Source of the DNA: Nemertoderma westbladi
Lineage: Eukaryota; Animalia; Xenacoelomorpha
NCBI GenBank assembly: GCA_032718475.1
Contig: JAUCBJ010007668.1
Location: forward strand, 1 to 36,978
Direction: 5' to 3'
DNA length: 36,978 nucleotides
Positions 11,128 to 22,483 of the stretch are shown one piece after another; the first letter of the stretch is position 1; every line of letters starts with the position of its first letter. Both the position numbers and the translations under genes were made by a program. Under the pieces are notes generated by a model that had not been told where the DNA came from, ran no database searches, and worked only from the letters and a program-made list of their open reading frames with translations.

Positions 11128-11514
11128 CTAATCACATTACTTAATGTGAATTTTCATTTGTAATTTAACGATCCATCTTTTAATTTGAAATGGGACTAAA
11201 ATCAAGTAAAAGCACCCATAACTTATATCTACCCTGGGCGGGCCTTTCAGATCTTCCCATGATATTCCCAATCCTGGTCGACCCAGACCTGATTTCTCAG
11301 TCATTTTTAATGAAATTCACTGAAATTTTGAAACAACAACTAGTGGTATATTTTAACACATTCTTTAAAAAAAGACGAAAATTTTTTTGGAAGTTCCTCA
11401 AATATGAAAATTAGTAGTTTTGTGCGATGAAAAAATATAATTGCGGATATGTGACATGTACCTGATATTCAAGTATTATGTGTACATTGGGTTGATATAA
11501 GTAATGCAACTACC

Positions 11515-12540
11515 ATTTTTCGTGCGGGCACTAAGTGGGTGCAGCACGAAATTTTCAAAATTTTTATTTTTTTTAAATAATCCATTTTATAATCTATATT
11601 TTATTTATAGGTTTTCCGTGTTTGTGAATGCAATGGTTATGAATTGGAGTTCATCCGAGTAACGAAACTGCAATTTTTCATGCGTGCACCAAAAGTACAT
11701 AGGGCCTACAACACGAAATTTTCAAAATTTATTTTTTTGAAATATACATTGAATTATCTATATTCCCGCGATTTATAGGTTTTCTGCGATTGTAAATTCA
11801 GCGGGCACCAAAAGTGGGCGCAGCTCGAAATTTTCAAAATTATTTGTTTAGAAATATTAATTTTATGTAAATTACAATATAGCAATTACTAGAGAAGGGG
11901 GGGGTGGGGGGAGGGGGGGGGGGGGGCTGGACGCATATCCCTTCTCAGATAAATATAATTTCGGGCATAATAAAGTGACTTACTCTAAGCAGGATTGATA
12001 CTGTAGTAAAGGGAAGGAAGGGTCAGGATTGATACTGTAGTAAAGGGAAGGAAGGGTCAGGGTTGATACTGTAGTAAAGGGAAGGAAGGGTCAGGGTTGA
12101 ATGAACGCCAATGTAATAATTGCTGATGTTGACTAAAATAGTGTTGGTGATAATTTGGTAGGGGCCTATGGGTTTCCTTTTCTGCAGGATAGATTATTGA
12201 TGGAGCTGCAAAGCTACAACTTCTAAATTGATTTGTTACCTGCCACATTATGTTTACATTGATATGCCCAGTGTTTGTCTGTGGAGGGAGACTGTAGTAG
12301 ACTTACTACAGTACTTAACTACACCAACTAATATAATATTATGTTATCACCTCCACATGTTTGAAAATATTTATATAAAAGGCATTTGCGTTACTCGGAT
12401 GAACTCCATTTCAATTCTATTGAATTCGCAATCACAGTAAACCTATAAATCGCGGGAATATATGTCAAATAATGTGAATTTCGAAACAATCAATTTTGAA
12501 AATTTCGTGTAGCACCCAATTTTGGTGCCCGCACGAAAAA
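11515..12540. mobile_element. Foldback/MITE-like structure: about 2.5 tandem 120-160-bp units on the left and one inverted unit on the right
   Basis: GCAC..CGAAATTTTCAAAATT recurs near 11525, 11690 and 11805 and is inverted at 12492-12540. An exact 20-bp inverted match TGGAGTTCATCCGAGTAACG links 11645-11664 and 12389-12408. Confidence 0.6.
11990..12100 (+). repeat. 34-bp tandem repeat, about 3 copies
   Basis: CAGGATTGATACTGTAGTAAAGGGAAGGAAGGGT starts at 11990, 12024 and 12058, with a partial copy at 12092. Confidence 0.92.
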
Positions 12541-13480
12541 TACCTGTCAGGCCTCTGAACTAAACACTAGAAATATATATTATATTGTACTCAACTCCAC
12601 ATCCAAAAAAGTTATATAGAATAGGATTTTTGTAATTTCATCACCACTATGACACCAAAAAAGACTATCAAACACCAAAAATTTCGAAATATTGTGCAAT
12701 TTTCGGAATTTTAGCCAAAAATTACAGTATAGTACTTATCAACAAATCCATAAAAGAAGATCATTTTTGAGAGATTTTAAAAGCGATTCTTTTGGTGCAC
12801 GTTTGGTCAGTTCCAATCAGGAGAAAATGTTAATGTCATTTTTCCCGCGTTAGTTTTTTTGGGACACTTTCTCTATCTACTTCTTACTCAGTTAGTATTT
12901 TCATTCTGTTTGCTGAATTATGTAGATAATGATTTGAGTTATTATATTTGAATTATTCGATTTTTGGGTACCGGTACTTTTGCGAAGCGAAGAATGCCAT
13001 AAATTTTTTTGAAAAAAAATGTCGAAATTATGACAACACAATTATTTTTCGCGGAATATTTATCTACATAATTCTCGAAACAGAACGAATATCGGTTGAG
13101 TAGCCTAGTTATAAAGTAGATAGAGAAAGTATAGAAAGGGAGAATAAGGATTGAAATAGTGATGTTCCAGAATAATTAAATTTGTAATTAAGCTGATTCA
13201 ATGGGACAAGGAATAAAATTGACACTGACCTGTGAAGTACTGTATCATACAATTTTTAAATGTAACCAAAATTGCCTCACATATTAATGTCACTTATGCA
13301 AAAAATTTACACAATTAATTGCACTGCGCTGAGATTTTTCACAAATTAAAATTCCGATTGTTGCATCGATTATTATTATAAGTGTAATTTATTAATCTTA
13401 GTTTAAAAACCACAATAGTTTATGGAATAACAAGTCATTCCTTTTGGAATTTTAAGGGATTTTGAATTCGACAAATCTGA

Positions 13481-14103
13481 TGGTCTGGGCTGGGCTGGGC
13501 TGGTCTGGTCTAGACTGGTCTGGGCTGGACTGGGCTGGGCTGGTCTGGGCTGGACTGGGCTGGGCTGGGCTGGGCTGGTCTAGACTGGTCTAGGCTGGGC
13601 TGGTCTAGGCTGGGCTGGTCTGGGCTGGACTGGGCTGGGCTGGTCTAGGCTGGGCTGGGCTGGGCTGGGCTGGGCTGGGCTGGGCTGGGCTGGGCTGGGC
13701 TGGGCTGGGCTGGGCTGGGCTGGGCTGGGCTGGGCTGGGCTGGGCTGGGCTGGGCTGGGCTGGGCTGGGCTGGTCTAGGCTGGTCTGGGCTGGTCTGGGC
13801 TGGACTGGGCTAGGCTGGTCTAGGCTGGTCTGGGCTGTGCTGGGCTGGTCTGGTCTAGGCTGGGCTGGGCTGGTCTAGGCTGGGCTGGGCTGGGCTGGGC
13901 TGGGCTGGTCTGGTCTAGGCTGGACTGGTCTAGGCTGGGCTGGGCTGGGCTGGTCTGGGCTGGGCTGGGCTGGGCTGGGCTGGGCTGGGCTGGGCTGGGC
14001 TGGGCTGGGCTGGGCTGGGCTGGGCTGGGCTGGGCTGGGCTGGGCTGGGCTGGGCTGGGCTGGGCTGGTCTGGTCTGGGCTGGGCTGGGCTGGGCTGGGC
14101 TGG
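13481..14103 (+). repeat. (GGGCT)n pentanucleotide microsatellite, about 620 bp
   Basis: CTGGG units with CTGGT, CTAGG and CTGGA variants. The PAQPS ORF on the minus strand is a by-product. Confidence 0.98.
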
Positions 14104-14407
14104 ATTGGATTAAATGTAGATAAATTGCCGTTGGTCTGGAAACTAAATTGGTAACTACAGTATATATAGAAGTGCGTAGTTGAGTCAATCGATAGTCATT
14201 TGGATTAAAGTTTGTTTCACAAAATTTGGACCAATTCTCTACCATAGTTTATTGTTTAGAAGTAAAATTCTTGTAGCTAAGGAATTATAAACATCAATTA
14301 AAGTGTCTGAATTATGAAATTAATATGAATTAAAGTGTCTAATATTCTCTCTGAAATTGTTCGTGTTCATCTCCTCTGTCCTACTTTACTTTTGTGTGCT
14401 GTGTAGC

Positions 14408-14483
14408 AGGGAAAGGATACGATACGATACGATACGAAAAAACAAGGAAATACGAAAAAACTATTTTTTTCGTATCGTATTTT
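14408..14483. repeat. Short GATAC-rich inverted repeat (MITE end remnant), related to 3952-4050
   Basis: GGGAAAGGATACGATACGATACG...TTTCGTATCGTAT, with a similar GGGAAGGATACGACACG...TTTCGTATCGTAT at 3955-4037. Confidence 0.45.
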
Positions 14484-14883
14484 ATCTAAGAGTTGATAAA
14501 AATATGATAAAGTAACAAACCAGATTACCAGATTCGCACGGTTGGGGGCGCTGAATACGGCTTATGATCTCCAAAACGATAAGCTGCTACTTCAGAGAGG
14601 GAAATTCAAATTCGCCGCTAAAACGGACTTATTTATATTGCTAGTCATTATATTGTTATTATTATTTTAAGATAATTATAATAATTAAATAATCATTAAT
14701 TATATTATAAATCATTACATTACATTGCATTACATTTTACTAATTTGGTATTGCAATTGAAAAATATAAATCAATCATGATTAATTTTGTAAAAAAAACT
14801 ATAGATAAACCCACCACAGCACAAATAGCAGTTAAAAATAATTACAAAAGATAGTTAATTAAAGAAGAGGCTATGTAGATTAA

Positions 14884-15900
14884 CTAATTGCTACATATAA
14901 GGTTTCTGTCCCGTTCTGTATTCTGGAACAGCCCCTTACCGTACTCAAAGGTAGCCAACATTATGGCGCAGGCGGGGGCCACCTTGGCCACTCGGGCGCC
15001 TAACCCGGTGTACAGAGACCGGGGGCCCTGCTCCAGCCACAGTCTACGCAACAGCACCCAGGTGGAGCCACTCGAGGGTTGGGCTACTCCCCGGAAGTCC
15101 ATCTGTTGGTGCGTCTTTATCACGTCGAAAGGGTTAGTTAGTAAAGCCGCCACAGTGCCGCTGGACGCCCCGCTTACAATGTTTAGCGCCAAGTTAGTCG
15201 AGGAAACCCTGTGGATAGCCATGAGTTTAGCTTTAATCAACTCGTAGTTGAACCAAAGGAGTCCGCTAAATGGGACATCCCTGAGTAGAGATGGTCCTAA
15301 ACCGCGGTACAGCGGTAACAGCTGCCCGCGTCGGAAGGAGTCAGTTAGGGAAGTCAATATGTGGGAGTAGGAAGGGCGGGAGGTAGACTGTATGGAAGTC
15401 CGAACGAGTTCCAATGGGGACATTAGGAAGACAGCGACCGCCCGAGAGCCCATCCCGCAGACGGGGGGGATCCACGGTTTATTAATAGTGCCCGCGGAGA
15501 TGTCCCGACGGAAACCAGACCATTGCTTGAGTCTGTCGTTCAGCGTGTAGTAGACCACGGTCTGGGGCACCGCCATGATCAGGGTGGGGGAGAGCCCGCT
15601 CCACAGCGCCCGGGCGCCTTCTACCCTGGATATCGTGAGCAAGCCGTCCACGGTGCCCCGGAGGTGAGGCAGTTTACGTTTATACCAAGCCGTGCCGTTA
15701 CTTCCGTTCAGACACACACACAGATGGTCCATGAGTCCGTTACAGTACAGAAAGCAGTCTCCTTTAGCCATCGGACGGACCTGGGCTTGTAAACGGATCT
15801 TTACAACGTCCAATGGGGTCATCAATAGGGCCGTTAATAAACCGCCCACTGACGATGAAATCATTAGTTGGTTTAACTTGGGAGGCGGTTCGGTCTCCAT
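14884..15900 (-). CDS. SLC25A39/40: Mitochondrial carrier SLC25A39/40-like (glutathione transporter), single exon, 338 aa
   Basis: Three carrier signatures (PLDVVKIRLQ, PLELVRTSIQ, PFDVIKTHQQ), the family-diagnostic CFLYCNGLMDHLCVC loop, LWSGLSPTL, RDVPFSG and RVAKVAPACAIM. The first ATG is at 15900; the ORF-track start at 15903 is GTG. Confidence 0.95.
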   Translation of the reverse strand: METEPPPKLNQLMISSSVGGLLTALLMTPLDVVKIRLQAQVRPMAKGDCFLYCNGLMDHLCVCLNGSNGTAWYKRKLPHLRGTVDGLLTISRVEGARALWSGLSPTLIMAVPQTVVYYTLNDRLKQWSGFRRDISAGTINKPWIPPVCGMGSRAVAVFLMSPLELVRTSIQSTSRPSYSHILTSLTDSFRRGQLLPLYRGLGPSLLRDVPFSGLLWFNYELIKAKLMAIHRVSSTNLALNIVSGASSGTVAALLTNPFDVIKTHQQMDFRGVAQPSSGSTWVLLRRLWLEQGPRSLYTGLGARVAKVAPACAIMLATFEYGKGLFQNTERDRNLICSN

Positions 15901-16273
15901 CACACTTCTGAACTACTTAGAATACAAAGAATTCGTTTAGTATTGTAGGCCTCTACGGTATGCCTACTGCCACTGTTATTATTACCCTAGGGTATTATGA
16001 CTGTATGTTATACGCCGAATTGTTCGAACGAAACCGGGTTGGTCAATCTCTCAATCAACTATCTCATCATTTTATCAAACTCTAACAAACCAACATAGAC
16101 TGCTGGGCTGCACTGCCATTGATATATACTGATATAGCTGTCAGATAGGGCATAGGGCTGTCTGGCTGTAGGGGGGGAAACTGGACGCAATAAAAATTCA
16201 TCCCTCTCCTAGTCACCAGGCAGCCAGGGGACATTCGACGCAAATAACAGCTGATTATTCTCAAAAATAAAAT

Positions 16274-16918
16274 TGTAACCTGTTCTGCTGTAATGTGCTC
16301 AGTTTATTGTTTTGGTAAAAAAAAACGTGCTACTGTCTGACTGTAACCTGCTCCTTTCCCTAAATTGAGAATTTAACATTGAGGGGGATATTAATTCGCC
16401 AAGGCGGGATTTGCGTCCAGTTCCCCCCCCCCCGTCTCATAGCTGTAGGCCTGTATAGTAGGCCCTACATATTATCTGAGTTGAGTACTGTGTAATGCAG
16501 TAGTGTAGTAGGCCTATACTGGTTGTAGTATCGGTCAGACGGTATTCCATAAAGACCTACCGGTACTCGCCTACAGCTATTTATAACTCATACAGACATC
16601 CATCGTTTTTGCTCCTCCAGAATCAAGCTCAAGCAATCTCTCTTAAAGCAGGGTCTTGATCACTTTGCTGCTTGGTCTAGGGCCTATATCTCTAATACCA
16701 GGTACTTTGGGGACCGTTTCTAATTGTCATTCTGCGTACCGGTACCTATTGCAGTATTGCTTGAGTGCCTGATTGTTTTTGGTTATAGAGCAGTAGAGTG
16801 ACTACTGACAGTCTGACCATATGGTTTCCCTCAATTTGGTTTGAAAAGCCCGCCTCTGTAACCTGCTCCTTTCCCTCAATTGGTAAAGTGGCCGTTTATT
16901 GTTTTGGTTAGAAAAGCC
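16274..16918 (-). repeat. Cluster of short ~65-bp repeat units upstream of the SLC25 gene
   Basis: TGTAACCTGCTCCTTTCCCT(C/A)AATTG and GTTTATTGTTTTGGT blocks near 16274, 16342 and 16857. Reverse-complement copies lie at 29764-29836, 31057-31155 and 31418-31460. Confidence 0.65.
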
Positions 16919-18141
16919 TGGCAAAAGTAAAATTTCAAATTCTCGTTAAGACCCCCGAGATACTGTAATAATATACATTATACCTAACTATTTATAAAAA
17001 TAGGCTCCAGTACATTTTCGTTTCCCATGTTTCAAACCCAGCCACTACAATGAGTAATAATAGAAGAATGTATAATAATGATAGTGCAAGATGTGGATTT
17101 TACAACAACGAGGAAATCTGGCTTTTGCGTACTGTTTTTTTAAACTGTTATACTTATTTTGAAATGAATCAAGCAAAAGCTGTTGACGTCAATCCTCAAT
17201 CAACCTGCGTGGATAGACCCCGATGTGAGACAGGGATTACACCATCCAACTTCACGAACTAGTCGCCGGATTATTCCGAGTGGTGGTAATGCAAATCATA
17301 AAGAAAACAACGCATATTGGTTGGTTGGACATAATTTATTCCACTGTTGTTCTCTAAACTTATGTCCTCTTTCAGATGAGACAGATAAAAATTTAATAGC
17401 TCCAGTAGTTTTTAGATATGAGGAGTTCCTGGCCATACCATATCAGCACTTTTCGGAATTGATAAAATTACTCAATATACATCACCCATCAAAGACTTTG
17501 GTATAACCATAGGGCCTACTATGTTTTTTTTGGTGAGTCGAATTCATTATTAGTAATCGAAAGCGAAATTAGAATAAAATCTTCATTGTTTATTTTATAA
17601 TAGACACTAAAAGAGTAAATAAAATAGTAGGTCATGGCTACATAATTGGGGCGAATTGACAAGAAACGTAAAAGTAGCTATAATAGAACCAATCAGATTC
17701 AAATATGAAAGTTAGAGTAGCGACCTACGATCATTGCATAAATTGAACTGGTAGAGACAAGCTAACGAAGTACAGTAGTTGACAAAACAATAATTCGGAT
17801 TACAGCTTTCTCGAGTTAACCTTTCTCGGGTAAGCTGAGCTTCGTGCTGCGCGAAGGCCTCACGCACGTGTTCATTTTAATGTTAGTTATACTTTGAGCA
17901 CCATTGAATCAATAGCCTACCAATACCATTACATAATAATATTTAATAATATAATAAAGACATAGGTTGTACAGTTAGTAGTACATAACAAGTACTACTT
18001 GCCTAACAACGCAGTTGGTCTACTGTACATACGGTAGGCCTACAGTAAGATATGCAATGTATAATTATACTGAACATACATACAGTATAACCTTTCACCA
18101 GCCCATATCACCGCTGCCTACAATTACTACAGAATTAACTA

Positions 18142-18192
18142 TTACCAAAAAATAATGATGATAAGTCCAATCAATATTTGGCCTAGGCCAAT
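18142..18192 (-). pseudogene. Stranded 3' end (GPI-signal-like tail) of the Ly6-like gene that starts at 34549
   Basis: Removing 18198-33992 and one TSD joins ...NAGNPTV in frame to IGLGQILIGLIIIIFW*, with TAA at 18144-18142. Confidence 0.8.
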
Positions 18193-18197
18193 CACTG

Positions 18198-19422
18198 TGT
18201 TCGCGCTTTTAGACCTTTGGCAGTTTAACCCGCCAAATTAGGATGTCTTCTAGATAATAAATCACTTTAGCCTATGACAAGTATTTAATTCACTACACTA
18301 GTCGAAACCAATCTGTGCGCGATCATTCACCCGCTGGATATACCCGGGAGATTGGGTTCGACGGCTTAATCTTATTGCTATGTAAGCTTAATGTATTATT
18401 CGACTGACAGTATTATATAATCTCTGACAATATTATTCACCTTCGGGAAATATTAACAGTTCCTTTAGGACGTGGCGCTCTATCTATACAAACAGAGTTA
18501 TGACTTAAACTACTCACAACGATATGGCTTAGTTATAATTCACATATATGGCGCATTCTTTAGGAAATGCTTCGTTATCAGGCTCACTCATACACAATGC
18601 TGCACAATACTGCACACTGATCTGCCGATCTTCACTGATTTTAGTCACATATAAAAGGAACACGGACCGAATCATGTAGGGTCTATCAAATAACATTAGA
18701 TTCACTTCAAACCACTTTAACATAAGTCACAATCGTTATATGTAACCTTTCTCTCTTACCTTCGGTATATCAAGAATATTGGGTTTTCGGGGTTATTTAT
18801 CGTTATTCCAAATATAATAATTCATCAACCATATTATGAAGAACTGACAGTAAATAGCAGTAGAACAATATAAAGTATGCACAGGTTGTTTGATTAGGTA
18901 TGGTATGTTATGTTGTGATAAATGCAGATAACGGATATATGTCCTTATAATTAAGCCTACTAGTGTAAGGCTAAAGCCGTTCTTCCTGGCTTAGAATCAC
19001 CAACAACACTAAAAACTGATAAGAATAACTATAAGAATACCAGCTACCCTTATTCTACAAAGATCTCACCCACCACAGAGAATGAGCATACAGATAGGAA
19101 ATTCAGTTCAGTAGATCTGTGATAGGTCAAAATCAAAACCAACTCAAATCCTATTGGCAGATACAGAAAGCAGGGCTATGGGGCAACGTGGCAATATCAG
19201 CCGTTAGCCGTCATCATGGTAGCGACACTGTTTTCAAGAGTATCGAGCTTTTACATCACGAAATTGCAGATTATGTCCTCTAAAGTACAAATACAGAAGA
19301 AATGGCTTTTATGTCCTCCAAAACACCAGTACAGCAAGGACACGGCCTTTTTATGCCTGGTAAACCAACCACAGAGTACTTTACGGGGATAATAACCTGC
19401 TAATTACACAAAAGCTTTTACA
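18198..19422 (-). repeat. 3' LTR of the BEL/Pao element (1225 bp)
   Basis: TGTTCGCGC...GCTTTTACA. I spotted only 5 substitutions by eye versus 32768-33992. Confidence 0.96.
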
Positions 19423-19430
19423 CCGCTCCC
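19423..19430 (-). promoter_or_regulatory. Polypurine tract-like site of the BEL/Pao element
   Basis: The minus strand reads GGGAGCGG directly before the TG of the 3' LTR, which agrees with the orientation of the ORFs. Confidence 0.6.
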
Positions 19431-19448
19431 AGAAAATGGGATTTAAGT

Positions 19449-21020
19449 CTATAAAATATAACAAATCACAGTTTCTAAAATATAAAGATACTCTAAACAG
19501 TTAGTCTTTCTTGCGCAGACGGCGTTTACGCAGTTTTTTGAGGCTAGCAAGAGTCCTTTTCTCTTTGGGGCGAGCCACTTTACTAGGAGGGCTATAAATC
19601 CTGGGTGAAGGGTGCAATATGATTGCATCAGAAGGTGTAGGATTATGGTCGGGGTATCCGCCGTTTCGATATGCTTCTCCTCGAGCTGATTTTCCTCCGC
19701 TCGTAGCTGGATACGTTCATCCAAAACTCTCGCAGAGAATAGGGTTTTCTAAGCTTGATATCTTCTTAGAGATTCGAGATTTCCCAATCGAACTGAGATA
19801 AGGCAAATTCGTTTATCGATTGGACTTACTGTTATAACTTACGTTTATCTGAACAAACGCAGGTTTCTTTTTTGATCTTTATAGAATAGCGTTTAACTCG
19901 TTTCGTACAACGCTCTCCTTCACCTTGATGAAGGGTTGTATCTCGTTAAACGGGAACGACCATACGGTTGGATAGTGATATTAGGTGTCCGCGTCACAAT
20001 CCGGCTAGGTAAGATGGGCGGCTAGCTAGAAATCACTGTCGGAGTGTTACCGATTAATTGTTAGGGTAGCACTAGATCTTTGAACAGTGAATACAGTCCG
20101 CGAGGATCCGCGACACCACCAGGATCGCAGGTCTGAGGTCCGACTAAGGAATGAGGAGGTTTGACCGAGTATTCCGGGACTCTGATCGTAGGTTTACTCC
20201 AGGATCGTTCGAGCCGAGTGAGCATAGGTGATACGTCAAACAAGTTTCGCTCGAAACTCCAGTAAATATAACGAGCACAACTGTGTTTAACACAACGTTT
20301 CCGTGGATGTTTATGTCTTTCCGTTTATTAGTTGGGTCTAGGGCATTTATCATAATAATACCAAAGACGCACGTCTGGTAGGGGAAACGCGGGTGATATT
20401 TATTTGTTGTTACAATGCTTCTATCAAGAATTCCAAATATACGTTGGAGTTACCGCGTTTATTTGTTTCTTTAGTGTCTTTTCTTTCGAGTCGATTTCGA
20501 ATAGAATTTTCGCATTCGAATTTCAGTTTATGGTTCCGACTCCGCTGGGCAGGATATATAGTCGACATAGTCCGTATTATGTAAATCGATAGGATGACCA
20601 GTAGTTAAGAAGACCATATACGTACCATTACGCTGCGTATATAGAGCAGCGAATTTTCTATAGTCCAACTCGCGCGAGCTGCTCTTGGGACATTGGCGGT
20701 TCGATATGACGACCATCGTCCTCCGCAGCAGTTGGACTAACGTCGCCGCGTATTAAGCTATCAACAAACGCTTGTAAAAGTAGAGTATATCGCTCCCCGA
20801 TACTAAGACCATCTTCTATCAACTCCGTCATATCTGCTATATATGAGTTTATCCATATTATAATGAGTTTATATTTAGGCGAGCGGGCGTCGCTGCCTAC
20901 CCCAATCAACCCCCGGACAGTACGAGATCCTCAGCGCCGATGTGTCGTCGCCGCTGTACTTTCGCCAACGACGTAGCCGCACAACGACAACGACAACCGG
21001 CACAAGTCACTCGACTGTCA
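19449..21020 (-). pseudogene. Decayed coding-like region in the 3' (env/accessory) position; product unidentified
   Basis: A GC-richer block with a chain of short, offset minus-strand frames (20658-20909, 20528-20716, 20144-20449, 19449-19724). The last has a hydrophobic stretch. No recognisable motif. Confidence 0.3.
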
Positions 21021-21648
21021 GTCCCAAAGGCTTAGATACACCTCAGGTTCTTACTGGAGAGTTAGGGTTACTTTCACAATTGCGACTCGCTACTGTAAAC
21101 ACACCTTAGTAGTAACATTCGCCTATAAACTCACAAATACCACACACACAACTTGTCACAAATTACACACACTCGGGTCACTTGTCCGTTAGTCAATGCC
21201 TTCCAGAATGTCACTGTATTATTATGTATCCTTGGATACTATCAGTGCACTATTTATTCCCTATGCTATTCAATGGGACAAGCTTTCTATTGTTCTTTTA
21301 ACTCAATTCTAATTCTAGCATGGTTGTTGCTATGGTGACATTATGTAAAGCTAGCGGTAGAATTAGGGTAATTCCAATGCATACAGATCTGGGATGTTAT
21401 TTAATAGTAATTCTTTAATAGTCAATGTCCTGTTTTATACATGACTTTATGAATTTTATCGGCTATTGACTATGTTTGGGAGACCTTCGCACACTCATAC
21501 GCATAATAAGATAAATCTCCGCTCCCTTGATCTATTAATTAATGGAATTTTGGGAATGTATAAATTGCGTAAAAATTGCAATTTATTAAATTCATTAAGA
21601 GGCATGAATTTAAATTCATTCCCTGAAATTTTATTATTTGATAATTAA

Positions 21649-21942
21649 ATGGACATATTTTGAGTCTAGAACATGTCTGGGGACACAAGATCCTTAATTC
21701 TATGAAAATTGTCTTTTTAAGAATATCGGTAAATGCTACGATATCTTAATTGACTAGAATTGTTGAAGGATCTGAATTTTACAGATTTTGATTTATTAGA
21801 TTTGCAAATATTAAATAATTAATATTTGAGATGGGCACCAGTTTATTCCAGAACTTGTCTGGGGACGTTAACCATTGATTCTAGAAATTTGTCTTTCAAG
21901 TATATCGGTGGGTGCCGCGATATCTTAATCGACTAGAATTAC
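21649..21942 (+). repeat. Diverged tandem duplication, period about 181 bp
   Basis: AGAAC.TGTCTGGGGAC...TTGTCTTT...ATATCGGT...CGATATCTTAAT.GACTAGAATT occurs at 21649-21762 and 21831-21942. Confidence 0.8.
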
Positions 21943-22483
21943 AGATGGTCAAAAGGTTTAATAGATTTATTTGCGTTTCACGCTACTGTTAGAGGGACAT
22001 CACGCTACTATATGTATTATTTAATATACGGTATGAGAGCAATATCGCACGAAGCAATGTCAGTGTGAAGAGGCAAGTCGTTTCCAAGGTCTACCCAGAG
22101 CTTGGTTTAGCCGAGACACGAGGATCTGAACTTTGCATTCCTAATACTCTGCCTACCAATAATACTTAAATATAGTAGTGGCTTTATTGTACTTTAATAA
22201 GTACGGATATTTCATCTTACTGTAGTCACGTATTTATAATATGATACGGGCAGTAAGGAAAGAGAAAAAGAATTATTTCTCGCCGTCGCACTAAATATAT
22301 AATATACGTAATTAAATAATAAACGCGAATATATAGTGCACTAATCTACTAAATAATCGCTAAATAATATTCTACTAAATTAAATAAAACGATTATAATA
22401 AAATTATATAGTAATACATACAGAAATATAAAAATAATAAAATAATATAAAATAATAGAGTCACACACCCACTCCATATGTTG

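Noticed and set aside
13820-14245. 141-aa PAQPS-repeat ORF
   Set aside because: It is the translation of the (CCCAG)n microsatellite strand, which lacks stops.
17050-17506. Two overlapping plus-strand ORFs (70 and 107 aa)
   Set aside because: No recognisable motif or convincing splice structure; possibly a decayed repeat.
18472-18723. Short ORFs repeated at 18472/18529, 30106/30169 and 33042/33099
   Set aside because: They recur only because they lie in LTR copies. They are 60-64 aa, occur on both strands and have no motif.
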